DNA of 64,000 bases from Burkholderiales bacterium. GTDB lineage: Bacteria; Pseudomonadota; Gammaproteobacteria; Burkholderiales; Rhodocyclaceae. The DNA lies in contig JBBRDR010000001.1 of assembly GCA_038203745.1 (NCBI GenBank), positions 12,357 to 76,356 of the forward strand. Reading direction: 5' to 3'. The notes beneath the pieces are model-generated. The model worked only from the letters and a program-made list of their open reading frames with translations. It had not been told where the DNA came from and ran no database searches. Shown here in pieces: positions 9,088 to 17,699 of the stretch; position 1 is the first letter of the stretch, and every line of letters begins with the position of its first letter. The position numbers were made by a program, and so were the translations under genes.

Positions 9088-10059
9088 ATGAAAAAAGCGA
9101 TTGGTTTTACTCTGATGGCAGTTGCGTTATCAATATCCAATGGTGCCAATGCACAGAGTGATGTGAAATGGCCGACCAAACCGATACAGGTTATCGTGCC
9201 GGCCGGCGCCGGTGGCGACACGGATTTCAATGCCCGCCAGATGGCGCGCTATTTTGAGAAGATCACCGGCAAGCCGATGGTGGTGACCAACGTCAATGGC
9301 GGCGGTGGCACGATCGCCATGTCGCAAGTTCAGGATGCAACGCCGGACGGCAATACGATGCTCTTTGCCCACACCGGGATGATGATCGTCAACGAAGTGT
9401 CCGGGTTGATTAACTACAAGTTCGATGCGAAGCTGGATATTTCCTGTATCCCGGCAGTCGACAAAGGTATCGTCTTCATCGCCAGCAAGAAGTCCGGTTT
9501 CAAGACCCTGCCGGAGTTGGTGAGCAAGGCCAAGGCGCAACCCGGTACGGTGATCTATGGCACCGAGCTGGGTGGCTATTCGCACCTGCAGGGGCTGATT
9601 TTTGCGAAACAGGCCGGCGTCCAGCTGAAAATCGTTGATGTCGGTTCAGCATCTGACAAGATCACTTCGCTACTCGGCGGGCGCATCGACCTGGCCTCGA
9701 TCTCGTTCGGCCCGGTCAAGGACTACGCGTCGACTGGTGACATGATCATGCTCGCCCAATACAGCAAAGAACCTAATCCGCTGCTGGGCGATATCAAGAC
9801 CTTCAACGAGCAAGGCATCAAATTCGACATGGAGAAGCCCTACATCATCGCCTTCCCGAAAGGTACCGATCCAGCGATCATCAAGAAGATGGCAGACGTG
9901 ATGCAGCAAATCACCAAGGATCCGGCCTACGCCAAGGCGCTGCAGGACGGGTTCAAGCAGCCGGTCTCGTTCTATCACACCAAGGAAGCCATCGCGGAAT
10001 TGAACAAGGTGCGGGATGATTTCATGCAGTACAAGGATCTCCTGCAACAGAAAAAGTAA
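9088..10059 (+). CDS. tctC: Tripartite tricarboxylate transporter substrate-binding protein
   Basis: Signal peptide, WPTKPIQVIVPAGAGGDTD, NVNGGGG and PDGNTML; AGGAGG RBS. Confidence 0.9.
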   Translation: MKKAIGFTLMAVALSISNGANAQSDVKWPTKPIQVIVPAGAGGDTDFNARQMARYFEKITGKPMVVTNVNGGGGTIAMSQVQDATPDGNTMLFAHTGMMIVNEVSGLINYKFDAKLDISCIPAVDKGIVFIASKKSGFKTLPELVSKAKAQPGTVIYGTELGGYSHLQGLIFAKQAGVQLKIVDVGSASDKITSLLGGRIDLASISFGPVKDYASTGDMIMLAQYSKEPNPLLGDIKTFNEQGIKFDMEKPYIIAFPKGTDPAIIKKMADVMQQITKDPAYAKALQDGFKQPVSFYHTKEAIAELNKVRDDFMQYKDLLQQKK

Positions 10060-10082
10060 TCCAGGTTCTCACGTTGTACCGG

Positions 10083-10108
10083 GAGAGGCGCGTTGCCGCG
10101 CGCTTCTC
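10083..10108 (+). other. Intercistronic stem-loop between tctC and tctB
   Basis: GAGAGGCGCG-ttgccg-CGCGCTTCTC, a 10-bp stem with one G-U and no U-tract; typical of a stabiliser after a binding-protein gene. Confidence 0.5.
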
Positions 10109-10140
10109 TGCGCTTTCAACATTTCTTGCAAGGATTCACC

Positions 10141-10605
10141 ATGAGTGACATTAAAAAGCGCGAGTTCGCCGTTGGCGTCTTTTTTCTTGCCATCGGTCTC
10201 GGCTACCTCTATTTGACAAGCAACCTCCCGCGCAAGCAGTCCATCGACGCGGCCTTCGTTCCTTATATCCTGGCAATCATCATGTGCGTTCTGGGTGTGC
10301 TGCAGCTGCGGGCGGCCAACAAAATCGTTGTTAGCGAAACATCAAGCGCTGCAGAGAAGGAAGACTATCGCACGGTCCTGAAAACGCTGGGTCTGATCCT
10401 AACGTACGCGGCTTTTCTCGAGCCGGTCGGCTTTCCGATAATGACCGTTTTGTATCTTTTCACCCAGTTCATAGTGTTAACGCCGACTGACAAGAAAGTA
10501 AATTATCTGATGTACGGCATCATCGCGGTCATCACGTCTGCGTCCGTCTATCTGACATTCCGTTACGCATTTGACATGATCCTGCCAGTCGGGCTAATGA
10601 ACTGA
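10141..10605 (+). CDS. tctB: Tripartite tricarboxylate transporter small subunit
   Basis: About four TM segments, AAFVPYILA and FLEPVGF motifs, located between tctC and tctA. Start taken as ATG 10141. Confidence 0.85.
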   Translation: MSDIKKREFAVGVFFLAIGLGYLYLTSNLPRKQSIDAAFVPYILAIIMCVLGVLQLRAANKIVVSETSSAAEKEDYRTVLKTLGLILTYAAFLEPVGFPIMTVLYLFTQFIVLTPTDKKVNYLMYGIIAVITSASVYLTFRYAFDMILPVGLMN

Positions 10606-10618
10606 AAGGCGCCACACT

Positions 10619-12124
10619 ATGCTATCTTTGTTCCAGCAAGGTCTTGAAATCGTATTCACGGTTCAGATTCTCGGTCTGCTTTTTTTCGGGACGGTTGTCG
10701 GCATCATTTTCGGTGCGATTCCCGGTCTGACAGCAACCATGGCGGTGGCCCTGTTTCTTCCAATTACATACTCTCTTGGCGCCAGCGCAGGCATCTCTCT
10801 TTTGATCGGGCTTTACATTGGCGGCGTCTCCGGCGGTCTGATTTCGGCAGTCCTGCTGAAAATCCCGGGTACGCCAGCCTCCGTTGCCACCGTTTTCGAC
10901 GGCGGGCCCATGATGGAAAAAGGCGAAGGGGCCAAGGCGCTCGGGGTTGGAATCGCCTACTCGTTTATCGGCACGCTGCTGAGTATCTTTGCGCTGATGT
11001 TCATTGCACCGACTCTGGCAAAAATTGCCTTAAGTTTTGGTCCGCATGAATATTTTTCGATTGCGATATTCTCGCTGACGTTGATCATTACCTTGGCGAC
11101 CGGTTCGATGATCAAGGGCATATTTTCGGGCGCGCTCGGTTTCATGTTTTCAACTGTGGGGATTGCGCCGGTAGACGCAATCACGCGTTTTACCTTCAGC
11201 CTGACCGCACTGAATGGCGGTTTCGATATTTTGACCGTATTGATCGGGCTCTTTGCCATTTCCGAGATCATCAAGGTCGCTGAAAGTGTCAAAACCGAGA
11301 AAAACGAAACCGTCAATTCGGTGACCATGAAAGGATTCGGCTTCTCCCTGAAGGAATTCTTCGGGCAGGGTTGGAATTGTATTCGTTCTGCACTAATCGG
11401 GACGGGTATTGGTATTCTTCCCGGCATCGGTTCCGGCACCTCGAATATCGTGTCCTACATGGTCGCCAAGAAGCGCTCAAAACATCCTGAAAAATTCGGC
11501 ACAGGAATCATTGACGGGATCGTTGCCTCGGAAACAGCCAGTTGTGCAGCGGTCGGCGGCGCCATGATACCGCTGCTGACTTTGGGTATTCCCGGCGACA
11601 CGGTGACGGCGATGTTGCTGGGCGGATTCATGATTCACGGTATTCAGCCGGGGCCACTGCTGTTTGTTACGCAAGGCCCGCTCGTTTACTCAATTTTCAT
11701 AGCCATGCTTGTTTCTTCTCTGATGATGCTGGTCTGCGAATTGTACGGAGTCCGTTTCTTCATCAAACTGTTGGCCGTTCCCAAATATATCCTGCTGCCG
11801 ATTATTCTGGTTCTTTGTTTCGTCGGTGCTTTCGGTCTGGGGAATCGCATCTTCGACGTTGGCACCATCGTGTTTTTCGGGGTGCTCGGTTATGGTTTCG
11901 TGAAATGCGGCATTCCACAAACGCCGTTCATTATCGGCCTCATTTTGGGCCCAATGGCGGAAACCAATTTGCGTCGCGGGCTGATGTTGAGCGATGGCAA
12001 CTTCATGGGGTTCCTGACTGAACCGATTTCAGCGACGTTGCTCGCACTGGCGGCGGTTTCGGTTGCCTTGCACATTTACCAAGATTATCGCTCCAAGCGT
12101 TTGGCAGCGAAGACAAGGTTGTAG
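10619..12124 (+). CDS. tctA: Tripartite tricarboxylate transporter large subunit
   Basis: GAIPGLTATM, LKIPGTPAS, LLTLGIPGD and GIQPGPLLF signatures. Confidence 0.93.
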   Translation: MLSLFQQGLEIVFTVQILGLLFFGTVVGIIFGAIPGLTATMAVALFLPITYSLGASAGISLLIGLYIGGVSGGLISAVLLKIPGTPASVATVFDGGPMMEKGEGAKALGVGIAYSFIGTLLSIFALMFIAPTLAKIALSFGPHEYFSIAIFSLTLIITLATGSMIKGIFSGALGFMFSTVGIAPVDAITRFTFSLTALNGGFDILTVLIGLFAISEIIKVAESVKTEKNETVNSVTMKGFGFSLKEFFGQGWNCIRSALIGTGIGILPGIGSGTSNIVSYMVAKKRSKHPEKFGTGIIDGIVASETASCAAVGGAMIPLLTLGIPGDTVTAMLLGGFMIHGIQPGPLLFVTQGPLVYSIFIAMLVSSLMMLVCELYGVRFFIKLLAVPKYILLPIILVLCFVGAFGLGNRIFDVGTIVFFGVLGYGFVKCGIPQTPFIIGLILGPMAETNLRRGLMLSDGNFMGFLTEPISATLLALAAVSVALHIYQDYRSKRLAAKTRL

Positions 12125-12130
12125 CAACCA

Positions 12131-12166
12131 AGGGCAAAGATCAGGGCTTTCGCTGAACTTTGCCCT
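12131..12166 (+). terminator. Long stem-loop after tctA (possible terminator or processing site)
   Basis: AGGGCAAAG-a-TCAG-ggctttcg-CTGA-a-CTTTGCCCT followed only by ATTT. Confidence 0.45.
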
Positions 12167-12185
12167 ATTTACAGGAAGTGCCGCA

Positions 12186-13019
12186 ATGAAGCATGTCCAC
12201 CTGCCTTCGGGATATCAGGTTCCTGCGTTGGGAATGGGTACCTGGATGATTGGCGATGATCGCTCTACCCGTGCCGAAGAAATCGCTACGCTGCGACACG
12301 GCATCGATCTGGGCATGACGCTTATAGACACGGCCGAAATGTACGGTGAAGGCGAGTCAGAACAGCTGGTTGGGGAAGCGATTCGCGGACAGCGCGACCG
12401 TGTTTTCCTGGTCAGCAAGTTTTATCCTCAAAATGCCACACTGCGCGGGACGCAACGGGCCTGCGAGGCCAGCCTGAAACGATTGGGAGTGGACTGCCTC
12501 GATCTCTACCTCTTGCATTGGCGAGGTAGTGTCCCACTGCAAGAAACCGTCGAAGCGATGGCGTGCTTACAGGCACAGGGAAAAATCCGCCATTGGGGCG
12601 TGAGCAACTTCAGCACGGCAGACATGCAGGAGCTGTGTGACCAGCCCAACGGGCATCAGGTGGCGGCAAATCAGGTGCTTTATAACCTGTCCCGTCGCGG
12701 TATCGAATGGGATTTGCAGCCCTGGTGCGTGGAACGCCGGATTCCGGTCATGGCCTACTCACCCGTCGAGCAGTCGCGCCTGCTGCGACATCCCGGGCTG
12801 CGCGCCCTGGCTCGCCAGCTCGGCATGATGCCGTCGCAACTGGCGCTCGCCTGGCTGATCCGGCACGATCAGTTGATTGCCATACCCAAGACGTCGACAC
12901 GAAAGCATCTCGAGGAAAACTTCAGGGCGCTGCAGTGCGTTCTAGATGCGTCTAGTCTGGCCGAACTCGACCGGATGTTCCCGCCGCCTCGGCGAGCTAC
13001 ACCGCTCGAAATGCTATAA
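12186..13019 (+). CDS. Aldo/keto reductase (YeaE-like)
   Basis: LGMGTW, IDTAEMYG, VSKF, LDLYLLHW, WGVSNF, NQVLYNL and AIPK. Start taken as ATG 12186. Confidence 0.92.
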   Translation: MKHVHLPSGYQVPALGMGTWMIGDDRSTRAEEIATLRHGIDLGMTLIDTAEMYGEGESEQLVGEAIRGQRDRVFLVSKFYPQNATLRGTQRACEASLKRLGVDCLDLYLLHWRGSVPLQETVEAMACLQAQGKIRHWGVSNFSTADMQELCDQPNGHQVAANQVLYNLSRRGIEWDLQPWCVERRIPVMAYSPVEQSRLLRHPGLRALARQLGMMPSQLALAWLIRHDQLIAIPKTSTRKHLEENFRALQCVLDASSLAELDRMFPPPRRATPLEML

Positions 13020-13043
13020 ACGACCGACAAGGAAAGTCGAGCC

Positions 13044-14606
13044 ATGACCCAGCAGAACATCAATTTACCCGGCAAGCCTCTGACCATCAAAGTCCACGAA
13101 ACCGACAATGTGGCCATCGTCGTAAATCTCGGTGGTCTGCCGGCAGGAACAGTGTTCGATGACGGGCTCACCTTGCGCGAACATATTCCGCAGAGTCACA
13201 AGGTGGCGCTGGTTGACTTGGCACAGGATGCGTCAATCGTGCGCTACGGCGAGGTTATCGGTTACGCAGTCAAGCCCATTGCCCGGGGTGCGTGGATCGA
13301 AGAATCACTAGTGCGCCTGCCCGAGGCGCCAGCGCTGGAAACGCTGCAACTCGCCACCAGGGTGCCGCCAACCCTGCCGCCACTGGATGGTTATACCTTC
13401 GAAGGCTACCGTAACGCCGATGGGTCGGTCGGCACCAAGAACCTGCTGGCCATCACCACCAGCGTGCAGTGCGTCGCCGGCATCGTCGATTACGTAGTCA
13501 AGCGTATCAAGGCCGAACTGCTACCCAAGTACCCCAACGTCGACGGCGTGATCGGCCTCAATCACCTCTACGGTTGTGGCGTGGCGATCAATGCGCCGGC
13601 GGCTATCGTACCCATTCGCACCATTCACAATCTGGCACTCAACCCGAATTTTGGCAACGAAGTGATGGTGGTCAGCCTCGGTTGCGAAAAGCTGACGCCC
13701 GAGCGTCTGCTCAACGAAGGCGGAATCCCGATCAAGGTCGTCAGCGACCAGGTCATTTGCTTGCAGGATGAAAAGTTCACCGGTTTTATTTCTATGGTCG
13801 ACGCCATCATGAAGCAGGCTGAGAAACACCTGCATAGGCTGAACCAGCGCCAGCGCGAGACCTGCCCGGCGGCCGATCTGGTCGTTGGTGTGCAGTGCGG
13901 TGGGAGTGACGCGTTCTCCGGCGTTACAGCCAATCCGGCGGTCGGTTATGCCTCCGATCTTCTGGTCCGGGCCGGCGCGACGGTGATGTTTTCGGAAGTG
14001 ACCGAAGTACGCGATGCAATCCACCTGCTCACTCCGCGCGCTGCTACCGAAGAAGTCGCTCGGGCGCTGCTGCGCGAGATGGCCTGGTACGATAATTATC
14101 TCGCTCTGGGTCAGACAGACCGTGCCGCAAACCCGTCACCGGGCAACAAGAAGGGCGGCTTGGCCAACGTCGTAGAAAAAGCCTTGGGTTCAATTGCCAA
14201 ATCAGGCAAGAGCGCTATTGCCGGCGTGTTGTCACCCGGCGAAAAAGTGAATCAAAAAGGACTAATTTTCGCGGCAACGCCGGCCAGCGACTTTGTCTGC
14301 GGCACGCAGCAACTGGCGTCTGGTATGACCATCCAGGTGTTCACTACGGGCCGCGGAACACCCTACGGCCTGGAAGCGGCCCCGGTGATCAAGGTGGCGA
14401 CCCGTTCGGATCTGGCGGCGCGCTGGCATGATTTGATGGAAGTCAATGCCGGCACCATTGCCACAGGTGAAGCCACCATTGAGGAGGTTGGCATGGAAAT
14501 TTTCCTGCTAATTCTGGATGTGGCCAGCGGCCGCAAAAAAACCTGGGCCGATCAGTGGGGTTTGTTTAACGCTTTGGCTGTCTTCAATCCAGCGCCGGTA
14601 ACTTGA
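13044..14606 (+). CDS. garD: Galactarate dehydratase
   Basis: SAF domain (DNVAI, HKVAL), [33 protein letters not shown] and C-terminal FNPAPVT. Confidence 0.94.
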   Translation: MTQQNINLPGKPLTIKVHETDNVAIVVNLGGLPAGTVFDDGLTLREHIPQSHKVALVDLAQDASIVRYGEVIGYAVKPIARGAWIEESLVRLPEAPALETLQLATRVPPTLPPLDGYTFEGYRNADGSVGTKNLLAITTSVQCVAGIVDYVVKRIKAELLPKYPNVDGVIGLNHLYGCGVAINAPAAIVPIRTIHNLALNPNFGNEVMVVSLGCEKLTPERLLNEGGIPIKVVSDQVICLQDEKFTGFISMVDAIMKQAEKHLHRLNQRQRETCPAADLVVGVQCGGSDAFSGVTANPAVGYASDLLVRAGATVMFSEVTEVRDAIHLLTPRAATEEVARALLREMAWYDNYLALGQTDRAANPSPGNKKGGLANVVEKALGSIAKSGKSAIAGVLSPGEKVNQKGLIFAATPASDFVCGTQQLASGMTIQVFTTGRGTPYGLEAAPVIKVATRSDLAARWHDLMEVNAGTIATGEATIEEVGMEIFLLILDVASGRKKTWADQWGLFNALAVFNPAPVT

Positions 14607-14642
14607 TCGGTCGATCTGTACTTGTGGGCACCCGTTCTTGAT

Positions 14643-16370
14643 TTAGGCGTTGGTCTTCTCGCTGGGGCTTCGAACACCCCCGATGGGCACAACTTCTATT
14701 CCATATTTCCGTGCTACCTGATGGTAGAGTTCGCGCGCCGATATGACTTTGGCGTTACGCCCGTCCTTGGCCTGAGCCAATTGCAAGTAGCGTACAGCAT
14801 TCTGCCCCATTTCTTCGTTCCAGCCGTTGCGATCCAGCATGGTGAAAATGGCTTTGCTGGCATTAACCAGAAACTGGAGGTTGGGAACCCGCTCTGCCGC
14901 TTCGATCAGCATCTGCACCGAGCCCTCGATATCGCCACTGCGAGCCGCCAGGACGCCCCGGTTGTTAAGTTCAACAATTTCCCTGCCCACTTTGGCGAGT
15001 AATGCCTGGCCGGCTTCTTCCTTGCCGGTTTTGAGAAAGACCCCCTGGATCTGGGCGATCATGCTGCGGTTTTCGTGGTTCTCGGCCGCTACTTTGCTTA
15101 AAATCTCCTGCGCCATGGCTTCGTCGCCACTGGCCAGGCAGGCATGCGCAAGATCAACGGCAATTTTCTGTGAAAACTCTTTTTGCCCGCCTTCCTTGCG
15201 TAGGGTGTCGTGCAAGATAAGCGCCTTCTCGAGGTCGTGCCTGGCTTTGGCCGGTTCGCCTTCTTTGTCAGCGCACAAGCTGTCCATGATCAGCGCGGCA
15301 AGTTCCCCCTGCTTGCTGCCACGCCAGTCCCGGCGAAGCTCTTGGGTGATCTTCTTGGCGCCTTCGGTGTGCCCCTGGTCAAGCATGACACGCGTCAGAT
15401 TGGTGTAGTCGTCAATAACCTTGAGTGACGATCCGCGATGGCGTTCGAGTACTTTGCCATACGCCTTCTCCGCAGCACCAAGATCGTTGTTACGTATAGC
15501 CACATCACCGACCATGCGCTGACGCAGTGAATTATTGGGTGAAATCACGGCCGCTTGTTGCAGCACATTCTGCGCGTCCTCCAGTTTGCCCATTTCTTCA
15601 CGTACGCTGGCCAGAAAATCATACGCAGCCAGATACTCCGGAAAATCTTCGATAAGCGAGGAGCTCAGCAATTCTGCTTTATCGAGCTCATCCAGGCCAC
15701 GCAGTGCAATCGCCAGGCCCATGCGCGCCCACGGTACCATGGCGTTGTCCATCACCTGTTGGTAAACCACTTTGGCTTCTTCGTGGCGACCGAGCACATT
15801 GAGAATTTCTCCTTTAAAGCGAAGTGTGTCGTAGAGAAACAGATCTTCCTTCCCGATCAGACCCTCACACGTGGCGAGGGCATCAACAAACGCACCGTTA
15901 TCCAGGTGCTCGAAAACCTCCGCAAAAAAGCGCTTTTTATAGATCGCCTTGGCTAAACGAACTTGGAGTTGGTCGGCCGTGAAAGGCTTGATCAGGTAAT
16001 CGTCGGGTGCCAGCTCAGCGACTGAGATTACGTTGTGATAAGCGCGCTCGGCGGTGATCACCATGTATACCGTGGACAGCGAGATCAGATGTTGCTGACG
16101 CAGTTCTTCAAGCAATTGCTGACCATCACGACCGTCTTCAAGGTGGTAGTCAGCAAGAATAATATCGAACGTGTGAGCTCTGACCTGGCGCAAAACCTCG
16201 GCCGAACTACCGGCACTATGCACGGCGCTGACCCCGAGAGTCGAAAGAATAATGCGTAGCGAGTTGCGCGCCGTGGTGTGCCGGTCAACAAGCAAGACGC
16301 GCATGCGCGCCAATTCCTTACTCAGTGTGTGTAATAGTTCGACGGCGATTCTCGGGTCGGAAGTAGCCAT
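14643..16370 (-). CDS. Orphan response regulator: REC domain plus TPR repeats
   Basis: IILADY phosphoacceptor, VITAE and YLIKPFT, followed by a helical TPR-like region. Start taken as ATG 16370. Confidence 0.85.
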   Translation of the reverse strand: MATSDPRIAVELLHTLSKELARMRVLLVDRHTTARNSLRIILSTLGVSAVHSAGSSAEVLRQVRAHTFDIILADYHLEDGRDGQQLLEELRQQHLISLSTVYMVITAERAYHNVISVAELAPDDYLIKPFTADQLQVRLAKAIYKKRFFAEVFEHLDNGAFVDALATCEGLIGKEDLFLYDTLRFKGEILNVLGRHEEAKVVYQQVMDNAMVPWARMGLAIALRGLDELDKAELLSSSLIEDFPEYLAAYDFLASVREEMGKLEDAQNVLQQAAVISPNNSLRQRMVGDVAIRNNDLGAAEKAYGKVLERHRGSSLKVIDDYTNLTRVMLDQGHTEGAKKITQELRRDWRGSKQGELAALIMDSLCADKEGEPAKARHDLEKALILHDTLRKEGGQKEFSQKIAVDLAHACLASGDEAMAQEILSKVAAENHENRSMIAQIQGVFLKTGKEEAGQALLAKVGREIVELNNRGVLAARSGDIEGSVQMLIEAAERVPNLQFLVNASKAIFTMLDRNGWNEEMGQNAVRYLQLAQAKDGRNAKVISARELYHQVARKYGIEVVPIGGVRSPSEKTNA

Positions 16371-16658
16371 GTGATTAACCTTACGCGACTGTGTGCCTGT
16401 GAGCAAGCGGGACAGGCAGAGTGTATGCGTATCTTCGCTGGCGTGTAAGTCATGGTAGCCCTTGATCAGGGGCTTGTACGGCCGACCGGCTGGACTTACC
16501 GGGTGTGCTGTTGCCGCATATGGCAGCGAGTTCGCCGTCGTTTGGGCACAATCTCTTTGCTCGACTTTCCGTGGGCAATGCGCTAGATTTCACGTTGCGT
16601 ACGTAATGCAATCTGGGTCAAGCACTATTCCTGAAAAATCAAACAAAAGGGGTTTGTC

Positions 16659-17690
16659 ATGCAGCATATTGTTCGGCTTGTCACTTCCGCCATTACCCTC
16701 AGTATCGCAGCCATCGGAGCTCAGGCTGCCGATACGGGGCAGGTCAATATTATCTGTTCGGTGCAGGCCGAATGGTGCAACATGATTGGTACGGTCTATG
16801 CGCGTACCACCGGGACCAAGATCAACGTCAGCCTGAAAGGGTCGGGTGAAGCGCTGGCGCAACTGATCGCCGAAAAAGCCAACCCCAAGACCGATATCTG
16901 GTTCGGCGGTACAGGTGACCCCCATCTGCAAGCCGCGGAAATGGGGCTTACCCTCGAATACAAATCGCCCAATCTTGCGCAATTGCATCCTTGGGCGCAA
17001 CAGCAAGCGCAGCAGGCGAATTTCAAGACAGTCGGTATCTACTCCGGCCCGCTCGGTTTCGGCTACAACCCCGAGTTGCTGGCCAAAAAGAAACTCCCGG
17101 TTCCAAAGTCCTGGGCTGACCTGCTCAAGCCAGAGTACAAGGGTGACATCCAGGTGGCCAATCCTGCATCAAGCGGCACGGCCTACACCATGGTTGCCAC
17201 GCTCGTGCAGTTGATGGGCGAGGATAAGGCCTTCGAATATCTCAAGGGCCTGCACCGGAATGTCAGCCAATACACTCGCTCGGGCACCGGGCCGATCAAG
17301 GCCGTTGCGCGCGGAGAAACGGCGGTGTCGATCAGTTTCGTGCACGACGCGCCCGGCGAAAAAATGGCCGGATTCCCGGTTGAGACTGTCACCCCATCCG
17401 AAGGTACCGGTGCTGAAATCGGTTCCATGAGCATCATCAAAGGCGCGCGCAACCTTGAAGCGGCGAAGAAGTTCTACGAATGGGCGCTGACACCAGCGGC
17501 ACAGGAAATGGCCGCCGCCGCCAAGCAGTTTCAGCTCCCGTCCAACAAGAGCGCCAAAAACGATCCACGTATCCCGAACTTCAAAGCGATCAAGTTCATC
17601 AACTACGACTATGCCAAATATGGCGCCAGTGCGGAACGCAGCCGCTTGATCGCCAAGTGGGAAAAGGACGTGAACTCACTGCCGCGATAA
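16659..17690 (+). CDS. afuA: ABC transporter substrate-binding protein, AfuA-like (sugar-phosphate type)
   Basis: Signal peptide and WFGGTGDPH, NPASSGTAY, YTRSG, SFVHD and AEIG motifs. Lacks the YY iron ligands of FbpA. Confidence 0.7.
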   Translation: MQHIVRLVTSAITLSIAAIGAQAADTGQVNIICSVQAEWCNMIGTVYARTTGTKINVSLKGSGEALAQLIAEKANPKTDIWFGGTGDPHLQAAEMGLTLEYKSPNLAQLHPWAQQQAQQANFKTVGIYSGPLGFGYNPELLAKKKLPVPKSWADLLKPEYKGDIQVANPASSGTAYTMVATLVQLMGEDKAFEYLKGLHRNVSQYTRSGTGPIKAVARGETAVSISFVHDAPGEKMAGFPVETVTPSEGTGAEIGSMSIIKGARNLEAAKKFYEWALTPAAQEMAAAAKQFQLPSNKSAKNDPRIPNFKAIKFINYDYAKYGASAERSRLIAKWEKDVNSLPR

Positions 17691-17699
17691 GACGCTGCT

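Noticed and set aside
16543-16561. sigma54-like GGCAC...TTGC upstream of afuA
   Set aside because: The GG-to-GC spacing is 12 nt rather than the required 10.
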